51,346 nucleotides of DNA, taken from positions 1-51,346 of the forward strand of contig NW_021834015.1 of the NCBI RefSeq assembly GCF_006345805.1, given 5' to 3'. The notes under the pieces are model-generated. The model did no database searches. It saw nothing but the letters and a program-made list of their open reading frames with translations, and was not told where the DNA came from. Position numbers and translations under genes: made by a program. This DNA is from Octopus sinensis. Lineage: Eukaryota. Of the stretch, positions 1-12,776 are shown piece by piece. Every line of letters starts with the position of its first letter. The first letter of the stretch is position 1.

Positions 1-53
<53 letters not shown>

Positions 54-299
54 CACGTGTGTGTGTGTGTGCATGTGTATATATATGTGTGTGTGTGTGT
101 GTGTGTATGTTGTGTGTATATGATTGTGTTTCTGTGTTTGTCCCCCAAACATCGCTTGACAACTGATGTTTACGTCCCTGATGACAACTGATGTTTACGT
201 TCGGCAAAAGATGTCAATAGAGTAAGTACTAGGCTAACAATAATAAGACGGTACTCCAACATAGCCGCAGTCAAATGACTGAATCAAGTAAAAGAATAT
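1..299 (+). mobile_element. SINE family A (tRNA-derived, CORE-like, internal TA/TG microsatellite), right half
   Basis: (TA)n(TG)n then tgtttgtcccc..gcttgacaac..aagtactaggct..gcagtcaaatgactgaa..aagtaaaaga tail. Confidence 0.85.
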
Positions 300-323
300 A
301 TACATACATACATACATACAAAA

Positions 324-375
<52 letters not shown>

Positions 376-2109
376 CTTCCAGCTCCACTTGAAAACCGTT
401 GTTGGTAATCTGACGTTTCGGTAAAAGGTCTCAATGAAGTATGTATCAGACTTTAAAAAATACTGAGGATGACTTGTTGACTAAAACTCCTTAAGGTGTA
501 AGAAAAAAAATGTAAATAAAAGCTATTGCAGATTTCTGAGTCCATAAATGTCGCAAACAAACTAACGAAGGGAACAGTCAAAGTTTTTTACCGTCTAAAC
601 AAACGACAGATACATGAATGGAAAACGTTGGAGGTATACTCCTGGTCGAGCAGATATATGATCAAAAGCATTCCAGTCTTGACCATCCTGTCTTTAATTT
701 TGTTTCTCAGTCAAAATTATTATTGCGTATGTTTTTCTAGCGCGCTGAAATTCAGTTTCAGAGATTTAATTCGATTTGACTTTTACTTTTATTTCTAGCA
801 CACCGAAGGACCACGTGCAGGCTTCTTCGTTGCTCGCATGAAGTTATGTGTATTAGTGTGAAATGCGAGGCAGTGATAAGAAAACATATATCCGATGTTG
901 CCGGCAGAGCAGCGTGCCATCGGAAAATGACAGATGATGCGAGATACGTGCCTCTAACAACGTACTTAATCGCCACAAATTCTCCAACTTCCAAGTGACT
1001 ATCTTTAATAAGCCACTCGTTATCATTCACTACTTACAAAATGTCACGCTTCTCACAACAAAACGTGAGCGAACCAAGCACTGGATTTTTCTTGAGATGT
1101 CTGTTCACACACACACACACACACACACATGCGCACACACACACATGCGCACACACACATGCGCGCACACACACACACTCACACGCTCACATGTGTATCT
1201 GTATGTGCACGCGTGGGCGTGTATATGTATATATATATATATACTAGCATTAAAATCCCGTCGTTGCCGGGTCATAGTGCTAGTGCATGAATATATGTGT
1301 ATATATATGTGTACATATTACATGTACATCTATATATATACATCTACACATAAAATACAAAATACAAAGTTATATCTTGATATCGCTAGTGATAACAATA
1401 CTCAAAATATATAACAGACTGGAATTGTTAGCCCGTCTCTTGTAATTTCGATCAATTGTATCTTGTCTTCCCTCTTGTATAGAAGTGTGGCTACAATCCA
1501 GCCTACCTCTACTTGGTTAAAATTTTTTTTCCGGGACGTCCTACGTCCCAGATATAAAGGTAAAAGTAAAATATTTCCACTTTGCAAGTTCGAGTCGAGT
1601 ACTCCCTTGCACGCTCCGTTGACTCGAACCTTGCTTCTATTGTGGCGAATTTACTGCCTCTGATTAGATACCTTTCATAGTAGCACCAAGACACTTTTCG
1701 AAGGTGCTTTCCTCCATGTGTTCAAATCTTTTTTCTCTACATTGTATACTTTATAGACAATAGTCTTTTCTTTAATTTAATTTAATTTAATTTAATTTTT
1801 TAATTTAATTTTTTATTATCCATCTGGACTATTCCATTTGGACTATTCCATCTGGACTATTCCATTTCTGCACGCTAATTTTATTTTTAATTTATTCCCA
1901 TTCATGTGAAACCACTTATTCAAGTTCAAATCATTGATGCAATTTTATACCAATTGCTATTTTTACTTTTGTCAAGTTACTTTAGTTTGATTTTAATTAT
2001 TACTTACTACATATAATTCAATTGTTATTATTATTTTTATTGTTAAAGTGAAAGTATCTGACATAAAATAGAGAAACGTTTTTGTTTCACTTTTAACACG
2101 TAATACTGA

Positions 2110-2462
2110 AATAGTGGAAAAGATAGATATGATATTGCTATTGGCTCGCTCTAGGCAAGAAGTTGAACATTTTTTTTGCCCATGAAACTATATGGACCCT
2201 AAGTAAGGCATGTGTAAAATTTGAATGGAATTGGTTGTGTAGTTCTCAAGTTTTAGGGAATCGTAGTGGAGAAGATATGATATTGCTGTGGGCTCGCCCT
2301 AGGCATAAAGTTCAAAATATTTTTCCGATGACACTCCCCGGACCCTAAGTAAGACATGTGTAAAATTTGAATGAAATTGGTTGTGTAGTTCTCAAGTTTT
2401 AGGGAAACACACAGACAGACATACAGACAGACAGAATTGTCAGTTTTATATATATAAAGATA
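2110..2462 (+). mobile_element. Helentron/DINE-like non-autonomous element (HINE-like) with ~147-bp internal tandem duplication
   Basis: 2127-2260 is repeated at 2274-2406 (ggaccctaagtaag..tgtgtaaaatttgaatg.aattggttgtgtagttctcaagttttagggaa), followed by a (CAGA)n tract and an AT-rich tail ending taaagat. Confidence 0.5.
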
Positions 2463-2469
2463 TATATGA

Positions 2470-2543
2470 ACCTGGTGCAGCTCCCTAGCTTGCTCGTTCC
2501 AGTCAAACCGTCTAACCCATACCAGCACGGAAAGTGGAATTAA

Positions 2544-2575
<32 letters not shown>
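2470..2575 (+). mobile_element. RTE-like 3' tail fragment ending in (GAT)n
   Basis: caaaccgtctaacccataccagcacggaaagtggaattaaa(TGA)n. Confidence 0.45.
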
Positions 2576-2576
<1 letters not shown>

Positions 2577-2639
2577 TGTAACCACATGTGAATCGTTGGT
2601 GACTTTTTTCCTTTTCTCTTGGACTTTCCTCTGTCTCCT

Positions 2640-2674
2640 GTTTCTGAAGAAGAGCTTTACTTGAAACGTTAAAC
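2640..2674 (+). ncRNA. Degenerate minimal hammerhead motif (PLE pLTR-like remnant)
   Basis: gttt-CTGAAGA-a gag cttta ctt-GAAA-cg-TT-aaac: stem I gttt/aaac, weak stem II, palindromic AACGTT in place of stem III. Confidence 0.5.
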
Positions 2675-2769
2675 CTCCTTTCTTTCCTTCCCTGAGCGTC
2701 TGCTAATACATTGCATGTACTACGTCCTCACGTTGTTTTTTTCTTGTGTTTGTTCTTCGTTTTATATAT

Positions 2770-3249
2770 CGTTTTGTCTTAGTACAAAAGATGGGCCACA
2801 GCAAATATTCTGCTCAATACCACAGATTTGTTTGTCAGTTGTTTGATCATAACCAGTTGAGCATTTCCCTTAGTGGCTGACGATATGTGCATCTCTGACC
2901 ACGAGCAGAAGTAGTGGGGGAGCATCATAGCCAAGTGTTGGGAGGGAGTCTTTGAGGTTTGAATAATTCACCTCTGGAAACGGGTGTTTCGTTCAACATC
3001 CTTAAGCAACCCTTATTCAGGGACCTATTGAGCGGAACGGGTTACTCTACCAGAAGAAAATTCTAACTGGGCCCCACCTGCAAGGTCATGTGCTGTTTAT
3101 CTTGATATGAGATCCCCATGTCGCGCACATATGGTTGTGATGCATGTGCTTAGTGTACCCTTATCAGACGGGTAGTCATGATGGGTATACTGGGCTTCGT
3201 ATATTTTACCCCAGTGTCATTTTGATGGCATGCACTTCTCTCTCACTCA
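2770..3249 (+). mobile_element. Non-coding interspersed repeat ending in (TAA)n, probably a LINE 3' UTR or non-autonomous derivative
   Basis: GC-richer block ending ctctcactcAATAATAAT; resembles an abundant octopus repeat as I recall it (not database-verified). Confidence 0.55.
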
Positions 3250-3271
3250 ATAATAATAATAATAATAATAA

Positions 3272-3458
3272 ATCTCAAATTTTAAAACAAACATAATTTT
3301 CTTATGTTTTCTTAAACATTCTCTAGAACAACACTATGTACAAAACCAAAAATATAGCACCCTAGGCATAACACCAACATGAACTTGTTTTCTCGCGAGG
3401 TCTCCTGGGTGAGACTTGGAGCCAACTTGTACAAATGCAAAGCAAAAGTAAAACATAA

Positions 3459-3459
<1 letters not shown>
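3272..3459 (+). mobile_element. 3'-UTR-only copy of the same R4/Dong family
   Basis: Homologous to 4325-4528 (tttaaaacaaacataatttt...ctaggcataaca..aacatgaactt...gggtgagacttggagccaacttgtacaaat); flanked by (TAA)n. Confidence 0.85.
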
Positions 3460-3492
<33 letters not shown>

Positions 3493-3847
3493 TAATATAA
3501 TAATAATAATAAAAAAGGAAAACTGCCTTGCCAGCCCGATTTAGGTTGGTTGGCGGCGTAATCATCATTATGGACTCGGACGACAGACGTATCTGTCCCA
3601 TACGCGACAGCAGCTGTTCGACATAACTCCACAAGTCAGCAATGCCTGGACACTGAACGAATGCATGCAGAACAGTTTCGTTGCTCTGCGAGAATCTCGG
3701 ACAATCCTGTCTGACAGCATATCAGTGCCTGTAGATTTCATCTCGAACCGACAGCGCCCCCACCCGGTAGCACTGCAAGGCCAAAGAAATCTAATCCTCT
3801 GTAAATATCCACCGATCCTGTTGCCCGACTTGTAGAGAACAGTGATG

Positions 3848-3886
<39 letters not shown>

Positions 3887-3901
3887 TAATAATAATAATA
3901 A

Positions 3902-4528
3902 AACTGAAAAAAACTGATGGGAACACAAACCACCCGCAGTGCTTGAAAATGACCACATCTCACTCCTCTGGAACTTCACTATTCAAACTGACAGAAAGAT
4001 AGATGCAAATAGGCCAGACATCATATTGAAAGACTTCAAACAAAGAACATGCCTCCTCATTGATATGACTGTCCCAATCGATATAAACGTATCTGTCAAG
4101 ACCTACCAAAAACTGAGCAAATATAAAGATCTTGAAATAGAAACCAGCAAAATGTGGAACCTGAAGACTAAAACAATACCTGTTGTCATAGGTGCCCTGG
4201 GAATGATAGCAAAAGGGGCTGATAGCTACCTAACTCAGATACCAGGAAACCCCAAAATGGCAGAAATTCAAAAGATAGTGCTCATGGGAACTGCTCATAT
4301 CCTACGCAAAATACTTTCTATGTAATCTCAGGGTTTAAAACAAACATAATTTTCGGTTTAAAAAAAAAAAAAATTTTTTTGTAGACATTCATTAGTACAA
4401 CACCCCCCCCCAAATATATGGCACACTAGGCATAACAACAACATGAACTTCCAACCTGTTGTCTCTTGAGGTCTCTGGGTGAGACTTGGAGCCAACTTGT
4501 ACAAATATAAAGTAAAAGTCAAACATTG
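3902..4528 (+). mobile_element. 5'-truncated R4/Dong-clade non-LTR retrotransposon (restriction-like endonuclease domain plus 3' UTR)
   Basis: ORF 3939-4325: LLWNFTIQTDRKIDANRPDII..LIDMTVP..QKLSKYKDL..IPVVIGALG..GTAHILRKIL, the typical RLE C-terminus; (TAA)n on both sides. Confidence 0.9.
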
Positions 4529-4627
4529 AATAATAATAATAATAATAATGATAATAATGATAATAATAATAATAATAATGATAATAATAATAATAATAAT
4601 AATAATAATATAATAATAATAATAATA

Positions 4628-4684
<57 letters not shown>

Positions 4685-4699
4685 TAACAATCATGATAT

Positions 4700-5070
4700 G
4701 GCTTATATGGGAAGGAATAAGTGTGGAAAATGTCAAACACATTAAAAACAGACCAGTAAATGGCAGTCACCTGGTATGGATAAGATCCCAAACTATTTAT
4801 CGTTAACATCTTTCCTGATGAACTAGAAAAATGTTAATGTGGGTCTTATGGATGCAGAGGCCAGCTGTTAATTAACAGAATGCTTTTTGCAGATTGTTAC
4901 ACGAAAAAACAACAAAACTCTCAGTGGCCTGGATAGACTACAAGAAGGCCTTTGATAATCTTCTTCACAGCTGGATAAGGGAAAGCTCGTAGATGTTTAG
5001 AATTTCACCAGTAATCAGGAATTTTGTATCTCATACTATGAAGCTCTGGAAAACATTAATTCTCAACACT
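4700..5070 (+). pseudogene. Decayed R4/Dong-type reverse transcriptase fragment
   Basis: Translatable remnants W.SPG.DKIPNY, GCRGQL.INRM and VAWIDYKKAFDNLLHSWI...TMKLWKT with frameshifts and stops. Confidence 0.75.
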
Positions 5071-5077
5071 GACATTA

Positions 5078-5532
5078 TCTGTATACATAAAAGGCAGGAT
5101 GTGCGTATGTGTGTGTGCATGTATGTGTGTACGTGAATGTAATTTATGCACGTCCACAAATTAGCACGCATGTCACTCCAATTTAAGGAGGACATTCATT
5201 ATGACCCTAGCTGTTTTTTCGTCAACTTATTTTCCGCAGAGGCACCAGCGAATAGCTGTAAAAATAAAATTTCAACCAAAACTTTTAACAATTTTCAAGC
5301 CGGAGAAATCACCATTGTTTGCACACAGGAGTTAAGTCCCCTTCTAGCGACGAGTGAGTTTTTGTTAAGACTTTTGTTGCTTTTTTTCCATCGAGGAAAA
5401 AAGTGTTTTGTTGATATACGGGCAAAACACACATACACACACACACACACACACACTCACGAACATGTAGGCGTACAAAAAAACATGTATGCAATAGGTG
5501 TACATACGTGTGTGTATGTGTGAGTGCGTTGC

Positions 5533-5567
<35 letters not shown>

Positions 5568-5686
5568 AATTTCAACGGATTCGCCCAAATTTGATGTCGA
5601 TGTTATTTAGTTTGGTTTGAAATAAAGAACTTGATTAGCTTAAGAATCCTAACTTAATCCTATGCAAAGCCGGGTTATACTGCTAG
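5078..5686 (+). mobile_element. Non-autonomous Helitron-like element
   Basis: 5' a|TCTGTATACATAAAAGGCAG followed by a GT-rich tract; 3' GCAAAGCCGGGTTATACTGCTAG|t; inserted between A and T with no TSD. Confidence 0.55.
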
Positions 5687-6249
5687 TAAATATAATAGCT
5701 GGACAACTCAGAATTAATTGTGATGTCTTTCAAGGAGACTCATCCTCTTTGTTATTCTGTCGCCAAGGCAAACGAAGCTAATTGAACTCACGAACTTCAC
5801 AGTATGTATAATTTGGTTTTTACTGGTGCAGTGTATCGGCAGTTTCCCGAGAAGTTGGTTCAATTGGCGATGTATCTTCACTACTGAATCCATTATATTG
5901 AGTTAATCTATTGGAGATATTCTAAGCACGTCCAAAATGAATTCAAAGGTGTCGAATTGTCGACTGAAGTTCAAATCGAGTCACCACCGCTGTATTGCCT
6001 TTGTCATGCCCAATACACTTAGATTTCGGCAACTCATTCCATCACTCTGGCTTGTTCTATCTCGCTGTAAAGAGTCACCATTGGGGGCAAAACTGACGGC
6101 TGTCATTAACAGAAGTACTGTATATCTAATAAGCGATTGGTTAGCTTGGCGATTTTATGTGATTTTTATGATCATTGGTGATGGCAGAGATGTTCAAATA
6201 TCCTATTAAGAGAGAGGGAGGGAGAGAGAGAGAAAGAAAGAGGGAGAGC

Positions 6250-6281
<32 letters not shown>

Positions 6282-7124
6282 GAGAGAGAGAGGAGGTTCA
6301 TTTTGTTTCAACCATTTCTATTATATTAAAACTTTTATCAAAATCCATTCGATATGAAGTTATCCAATATCTCAAATATTTTCTGCAGAAATTATTACGA
6401 TAAACAATTGGAAACTCTGTTGTTTCCAATAAGCTGGTAATATGATTATTATAATCATATTCGTTTCCCAATTCCATTCACATTAACTTGCTTTCTCTCT
6501 ATCTCACTCTCTCTTCGTCTCCTTCTCTCTTTGCCCCCCCCCCGCTCTCTGTCAGATCACATACTCGCATACACACTCTGTGTTCAGCATCCAATCTCTT
6601 CAACAAGTCGTTATAGAACAAACTAATGATATAATTCATTCAGTGCCGAGAGAAATGAGCAATAGCAACAATGTGTACAAATGCAAATTTGATTCTGATT
6701 CAACTCATGAGATTTTGATTAATTTCATTGTTACTATGCTTGGAATTCATTTCTCGCTGAAAGAAAGCTTCAAGGCTGTAAAACCGCTTCAACATTTGAA
6801 TTAAGGATTCCGCACCATGAATATACTTCTAGGAGCTTTTGTCAAAACAACACTACTTGCAATAAATCTTTACAATTATTCTACAGTTTACACAATGCAG
6901 ATACTCAAACTCACATGCACATACATACATATATGAATATAAATATATTAAAAAAAATACTGAATAGTATATACTTATATTATTACATACGAATGCATAT
7001 ATGATTATACACACATACACGCGCAGTGCTTATGTATACATACACACACACACAGAGAATGCTCTGATACATGCATACGTATGTGCTTGTATAAAAATTA
7101 CATACTGTGATATGAATGAGGTCA

Positions 7125-7790
<666 letters not shown>

Positions 7791-8063
7791 ATGTACGGTA
7801 AAAGTAAGACAAACGCAAGAATAAATTATCAGTTCCTACTTACGTTTCCCATTGCCTTTATTTGGAACTCGGCATAAGATGCTTCAAGTGCATTTGAACG
7901 CCCAACTGCAACGGATTATTAGAGAAATAATTTATTGCATTCTGTTACAGAGATCTACTATCTGTATATATGTATGCATATATCCGTATACACACATATA
8001 TATAAAGTGTTGGGTATACGTACCATTAGAGGGGTTTGAGCTTCTCTGTACTATGATAATTGC

Positions 8064-8376
8064 TGTAGGGAATTAGTAACAATGATACACCCCACCAACG
8101 TGACGAGCGGAATGACTCAGTCACTATAAATAAGGTGACGTCGGCCGATATTGGGAGAGTATGAGAGCGCATGTTAGACTGTGTTGTTAGTCGTGTCTAC
8201 TGATCTAGTAGTTATACTGTGATATTGAGTTGGCGTTATAACGAGCCAACCACTTGAGGATAATAATATTGTACGACTGGGGGTCGTACAGTGCCAGATA
8301 GAAACCTTCTATCGACGACTTCGGAATATAACAAAATCTGTCAGAGCGACAACCGTCGTACAAAGACAGATACAAC
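8064..8376 (+). mobile_element. Possible solo LTR
   Basis: TGT start, TGACTCA (8113), TATAAAT (8125), TGACGTC (8136), hairpins, ends near TACA(A); no convincing TSD. Confidence 0.4.
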
Positions 8377-9126
8377 TGTGGCAAAAGACCTCTTTGTAAC
8401 CCTAATCCATTGTAGATTGGTGCAGTCTGGTTTTAGACCACAATTTCTTATTCAATTGAAAGTAAGCGTTGTTCTTAAAGCAGCCTCTCGCCTCCACCCA
8501 GGGCTCACAATAACCAGCTGATTCAAGAACAGTTGTCAGATATGAAGTTAAACGTCGGTTAAATTGTTTAAGAAACTATATTAGCAGGCGTAGAAAATGG
8601 AAACAATCAGAGGAAGTATTAGTGGCAGTGTATATTGTTGCTGTTGTTTAGTCCGAGTTCAATTCTGATAGAATAAGCCTATAGTCAAAAGCTTTCTAGC
8701 AGTGACTAACCCATCTTACTTTCATGCATAGCATATTTAAGATTACATTATTTAAAGTCTCCTCTACTTTTTTAAACAACCGAGCAGTGTTTCTCAAACA
8801 GTGTTCCACAATGAGTATCTCGGTGTACCGGAGATTTATAAAAGTATAATTGAAGGCTTTACAATTCTATACACTAATGGTTGAATATTTTGAAAGAGTT
8901 TTATATTTTTCTGAGTATTTTCAGAAATCGGAAGCAAACATGGTGTAAAGAGGATATGTCATTGATGCGGTTGCGATTGGCGATGAAAACACTTTGACAA
9001 ACTTAGCTTATTAATTGGTTGACGGAACAATTAGTCAAACAATCGATTAGTCAAATGTAAATGTCAACGAATTGACAAATGATGATGATGATAATAATAA
9101 TAATATAATAATAATAATAATAATAA

Positions 9127-9193
<67 letters not shown>

Positions 9194-9195
<2 letters not shown>

Positions 9196-9560
9196 TGATG
9201 TATCAATACAAGCAGATGGCAACGTGTCTCTAAAAGAAATGGAGAAACTTTCAAAATACAAAGACCTGGAAATAGAGGTAACTCGAATGTGAAATCTAAA
9301 AACAGAAACAGTTCCTATCATAGTAGGCGCATTAGGTATGATAAAACATATTCAGATAAATACATAACAAAAACACCAGGACTTACAAACACATATAACA
9401 TACAGAACATTGCACTACTGGGCATTGCACACATCCTACGCAAAACACTTTCAATACAGTAACCATCAGAGCACCACAACAAATCACAACACATACCCAA
9501 GGCACACAGAGCTGCGCTCGGTAGTGAAGTGAAAGCACGCTATAAAAATAAAACTACTGA
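9194..9560 (+). mobile_element. 5'-truncated R4/Dong-clade LINE 3' end (second subfamily)
   Basis: IDVSIQADGNVSLKEMEKLSKYKDLEIEVTRM*NLKTETVPIIVGALG...IALLGIAHILRKTLSIQ*, a short distinct 3' UTR, and (TAA)n on both sides. Confidence 0.9.
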
Positions 9561-9569
9561 ATAATAATA

Positions 9570-9610
<41 letters not shown>

Positions 9611-9619
9611 GTGGTAGTA

Positions 9620-9700
<81 letters not shown>

Positions 9701-10275
9701 GTAAATGAACTAGACCTAGTGTGTATTTATTATCGGCATAATACCCCTCCCAAAATATATAGAAATATTGAAAGGCGTTTTATTCATAATTTATTATACA
9801 CAGTATGGGTTAATTAAACGACATAAGCAATGGTTTTTTAAAAATATTTTTGAAAATAATTTTTCATTACACAGCTAATCTTAGAAAAATGAAAAGATTT
9901 TCCATTCAAAGTATACCAATAATTTCTTGCTTAATCTCCACTGTGACACAAAAGGAAAAGTGCTGAGAATCACCGTCAGCCAAATATGTGCCAAATCTTT
10001 CAAATCTCTCAGTGATCCGAAAGAGATTGGTTCATATTTGGCTCAAGAGGCTACTTAGAGATTCTCTCGATGATACGAGAGATATCTGCTAATAGTACAC
10101 ATACATGGGACATTAAATTTTCTAGAGATTATAAATTCAAAATATGAAATGTTTCTCGTATGTAAGGTCAGTTGCTCTGAAACAGGTAGTGTAAAATATA
10201 TCCCCCTGCATATGGTACCACGATGTTCGAAACTAAAATTACTAGAAAAAGTCACATTTTACTTAAATACTATTA

Positions 10276-10350
10276 TTACCGTATTTATTCGTGTATAACT
10301 CGCACTATTTTATACTTGATTTTAGTAAAAAGAAATTGGGGTGCGACTAA
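10276..10350 (+). mobile_element. pogo/Tigger-like terminal fragment
   Basis: taCCGTATTTATTCGTGTATAACTCGCAC...GGGGTGCGACT resembles pogo-group termini. Confidence 0.4.
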
Positions 10351-10631
10351 AAGCATCGCTGTATGTACGCTACTTACTACCAATCAGCTTACTGTTGATC
10401 GTTATCACCTAACAGCATGCTTAGTTGAACTACAAACTACAACTTATTACATTTCACTAAAATTTTATTCGATTAATACCCATATATTATTGTTAACATA
10501 AATCACAACTTGTAAATAATTTACCATTGCGTATATTTGAATGTCATTGAATAATATCTCGAGACATAAGAGACACGATGAATGTTAATTGACAAATGCA
10601 AGATTAATTAATCTCTTAATATTATGTTTGA

Positions 10632-11400
10632 ATGCGTGAAGGTACCAAAAGGTATCCAGAAACAAGCCCTTTGTAGTTCAGGCTTCTGCTTCTAGAAGCC
10701 ACTTGATGCAACCCTCAGGCATCAGTCTGTCGACTGGCGTCGTCCGGTGTAGTCCTACTGCCACGTTCTGCGTCTTTGTTTTGCAGTGCTTCTCTCCTGT
10801 TCGATTTTTGCGATGGTTGAAACGAAGGAATAGCGTGCTTCCGTAAAATTCTGGTTTCTGATGGGGAAAACGGCAGCCGAAACAGTTGTCATGCTTCAAA
10901 CAGATTATAAGGACGCTGCCATGAGCAGAATATAAGTTTACGAGTGGTTTCCTCGCTTTAAGAATGGTCAGTTGTCGCTTGAAGAACAACCTTGTTCAGG
11001 ACGATCGTCGACCTCCCGAACGAATGAAAACATCACGAAAATTCTTGAATTGATGTTGGAGAACCGTGATCGAATAACTGACAAACTTGTTGATATGATT
11101 TATGTGTCATGGAGCTTCTGCCAACGAATTTAGAGCGAGAAATTGCGAATGAAAAGAGTCGCAGCAAAATTTGTGCCTCGCTTGCTCACGAACGATGAAA
11201 AACAGTCACGACCGAATGCATGTCGTGAACTGAAAGAACAGTTGGAAGATGATTAGGATCTTTATTTAAAAGGTCATCACTGGTGACGGACACTGGTGCT
11301 ACAGAATTTGCAGATGTGGAAAAGGTGAAGAAAAAATCGAAGGAGGCGACAAAAGGCATTACTTCGCAAGTGTTCCAGCACTGCTTTCATCAGTGTGAAA
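10632..11400 (+). mobile_element. Decayed mariner transposon (internally deleted)
   Basis: From ATG 10813: RASVKFWFLMGKTAAETVVML..VYEWFPRFKNG..SGRSSTS..MKRVAAKFVPRLLT..KVITGDGHWCY, then jumps to C-terminal FADVEKVKKK; TIR-like start near 10632. Confidence 0.85.
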
Positions 11401-12659
11401 ACGCACCTGAACCATTTTGTTTTCTGCGACATTTTTCTTTGCTGTCACTTCTTTTCCCTGCGATTTCTCCCCAGTGAGTTACAAAAAAAATCTTTTCACC
11501 TGGATTCGATATAATGATATAGTTGCAAGCAAATATACCATCGCCATTATCATTAGAAGTTACGATATTATGGTGACATCGAACAACTACTTAATTCGTC
11601 TCTTGTCCGTAGGACATTAAGTGTGTCACAAAAGGGCATCCTCTTGTTATTATTATAACCAAATGCATGAACACACAATTACATACAATCAACATCCATA
11701 CACACGCATGCGTATATACACATATTCATATGCACATAATGTTTATAATAGCTTTATCGGCATTCGGTAATGTCTTTCGGTGGGACATTAAAACATGGTA
11801 TTTGTGACTACGACTAGAAATCCTTTGGGATTTTAACATAAAAACCGTATCACTTTAAACAGCAATTTATATGTATATATATATATATATATATATTTGT
11901 TAGTAAAGTGTCTTTGTTTATTGTGCAGGCATTACTCAGAAGTACTCAGATAAAAGACCCGAGACACAAAGGTATAAAAAAACGTTAAGGAGAATTTCAG
12001 ATAGGTTCAACAATTTATTTATACATATATTCTGCCATAGATTAATGCATATCAGTCTTTAAAATATACCAATGTATCATGTATCTGTCGTTAAAATATT
12101 AAAACATATATATGCGTAAGAAATATTAAAACACACACACACACACACTTAAAGGATATAGCCAAAATTACCAGCAGATATTTGTATATATATATATATA
12201 CATATATATATACACACACAGTTGTGTATATGTGTATATATTGTAATCTTCCAATGCTGAAACACGTGTAGTTCCTTCATATTTAATAAATTTAAGTATT
12301 AACTAAAGTAGGATATAATTAATGGGTATATATTATACTTCATTAATTTTGGCTATATCTTTTAAGTATTATTTCGTGATGTGCAAACTGATACCATGAG
12401 TTTTCTTTCCGATATACTCAGTAGGTTGTTTTTGTATTTTCTGAAATAGAATACCCGCATATCGATTAATGCCCCAAAATAATAGAAAAGCATTTAACAA
12501 TATTTCTTAAAATAAAAATATAACTTATCTTATCGAAGGATATTCGTTAACTCATTATAGTTAACTTATTTATAGTTAATTCACGTATTTATTTGATAAT
12601 TAGTATAAGTTAAGATAAGTACATTTATTCTCTTATTATTTATTATTATTTATTATCTT

Positions 12660-12776
12660 AGACCTGATGAGTGACTATATTTTTAAATAGAATTAATTTT
12701 AGTTCGATTTAATTTTAAATCGAATTGATTTTATTATTATCTGTTTGAAAATATAGCCATGAAACGCGCGTAGTCT
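12660..12776 (+). ncRNA. Type I hammerhead ribozyme motif with long stem II
   Basis: agac-CTGATGA-gtgactatatttt...aaaatatagccat-GAAA-c gcgc g-TA-gtct: stem I agac/gtct, canonical core, 13-bp stem II with one mismatch, palindromic ACGCGCGT stem III. Confidence 0.8.

Noticed and set aside
405-450. Minus-strand hammerhead-like CGAAACGTC
   Set aside because: No intact CUGANGA-type core or pairing stem II upstream.
1483-1559. Exon-like segment (AG...G|GTAAAA) with a gggacgt/acgtccc hairpin
   Set aside because: Weak donor, no recognisable peptide, and no supporting neighbouring exons.
9978-10043. Imperfect inverted repeat agccaaatatg.../...catatttggct
   Set aside because: Short and degraded; probably the core of an old MITE, with boundaries I cannot define.
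12259-12273. Hammerhead 3' half GAAACACGTGTA
   Set aside because: No core or stem I partner upstream; at most a broken remnant.
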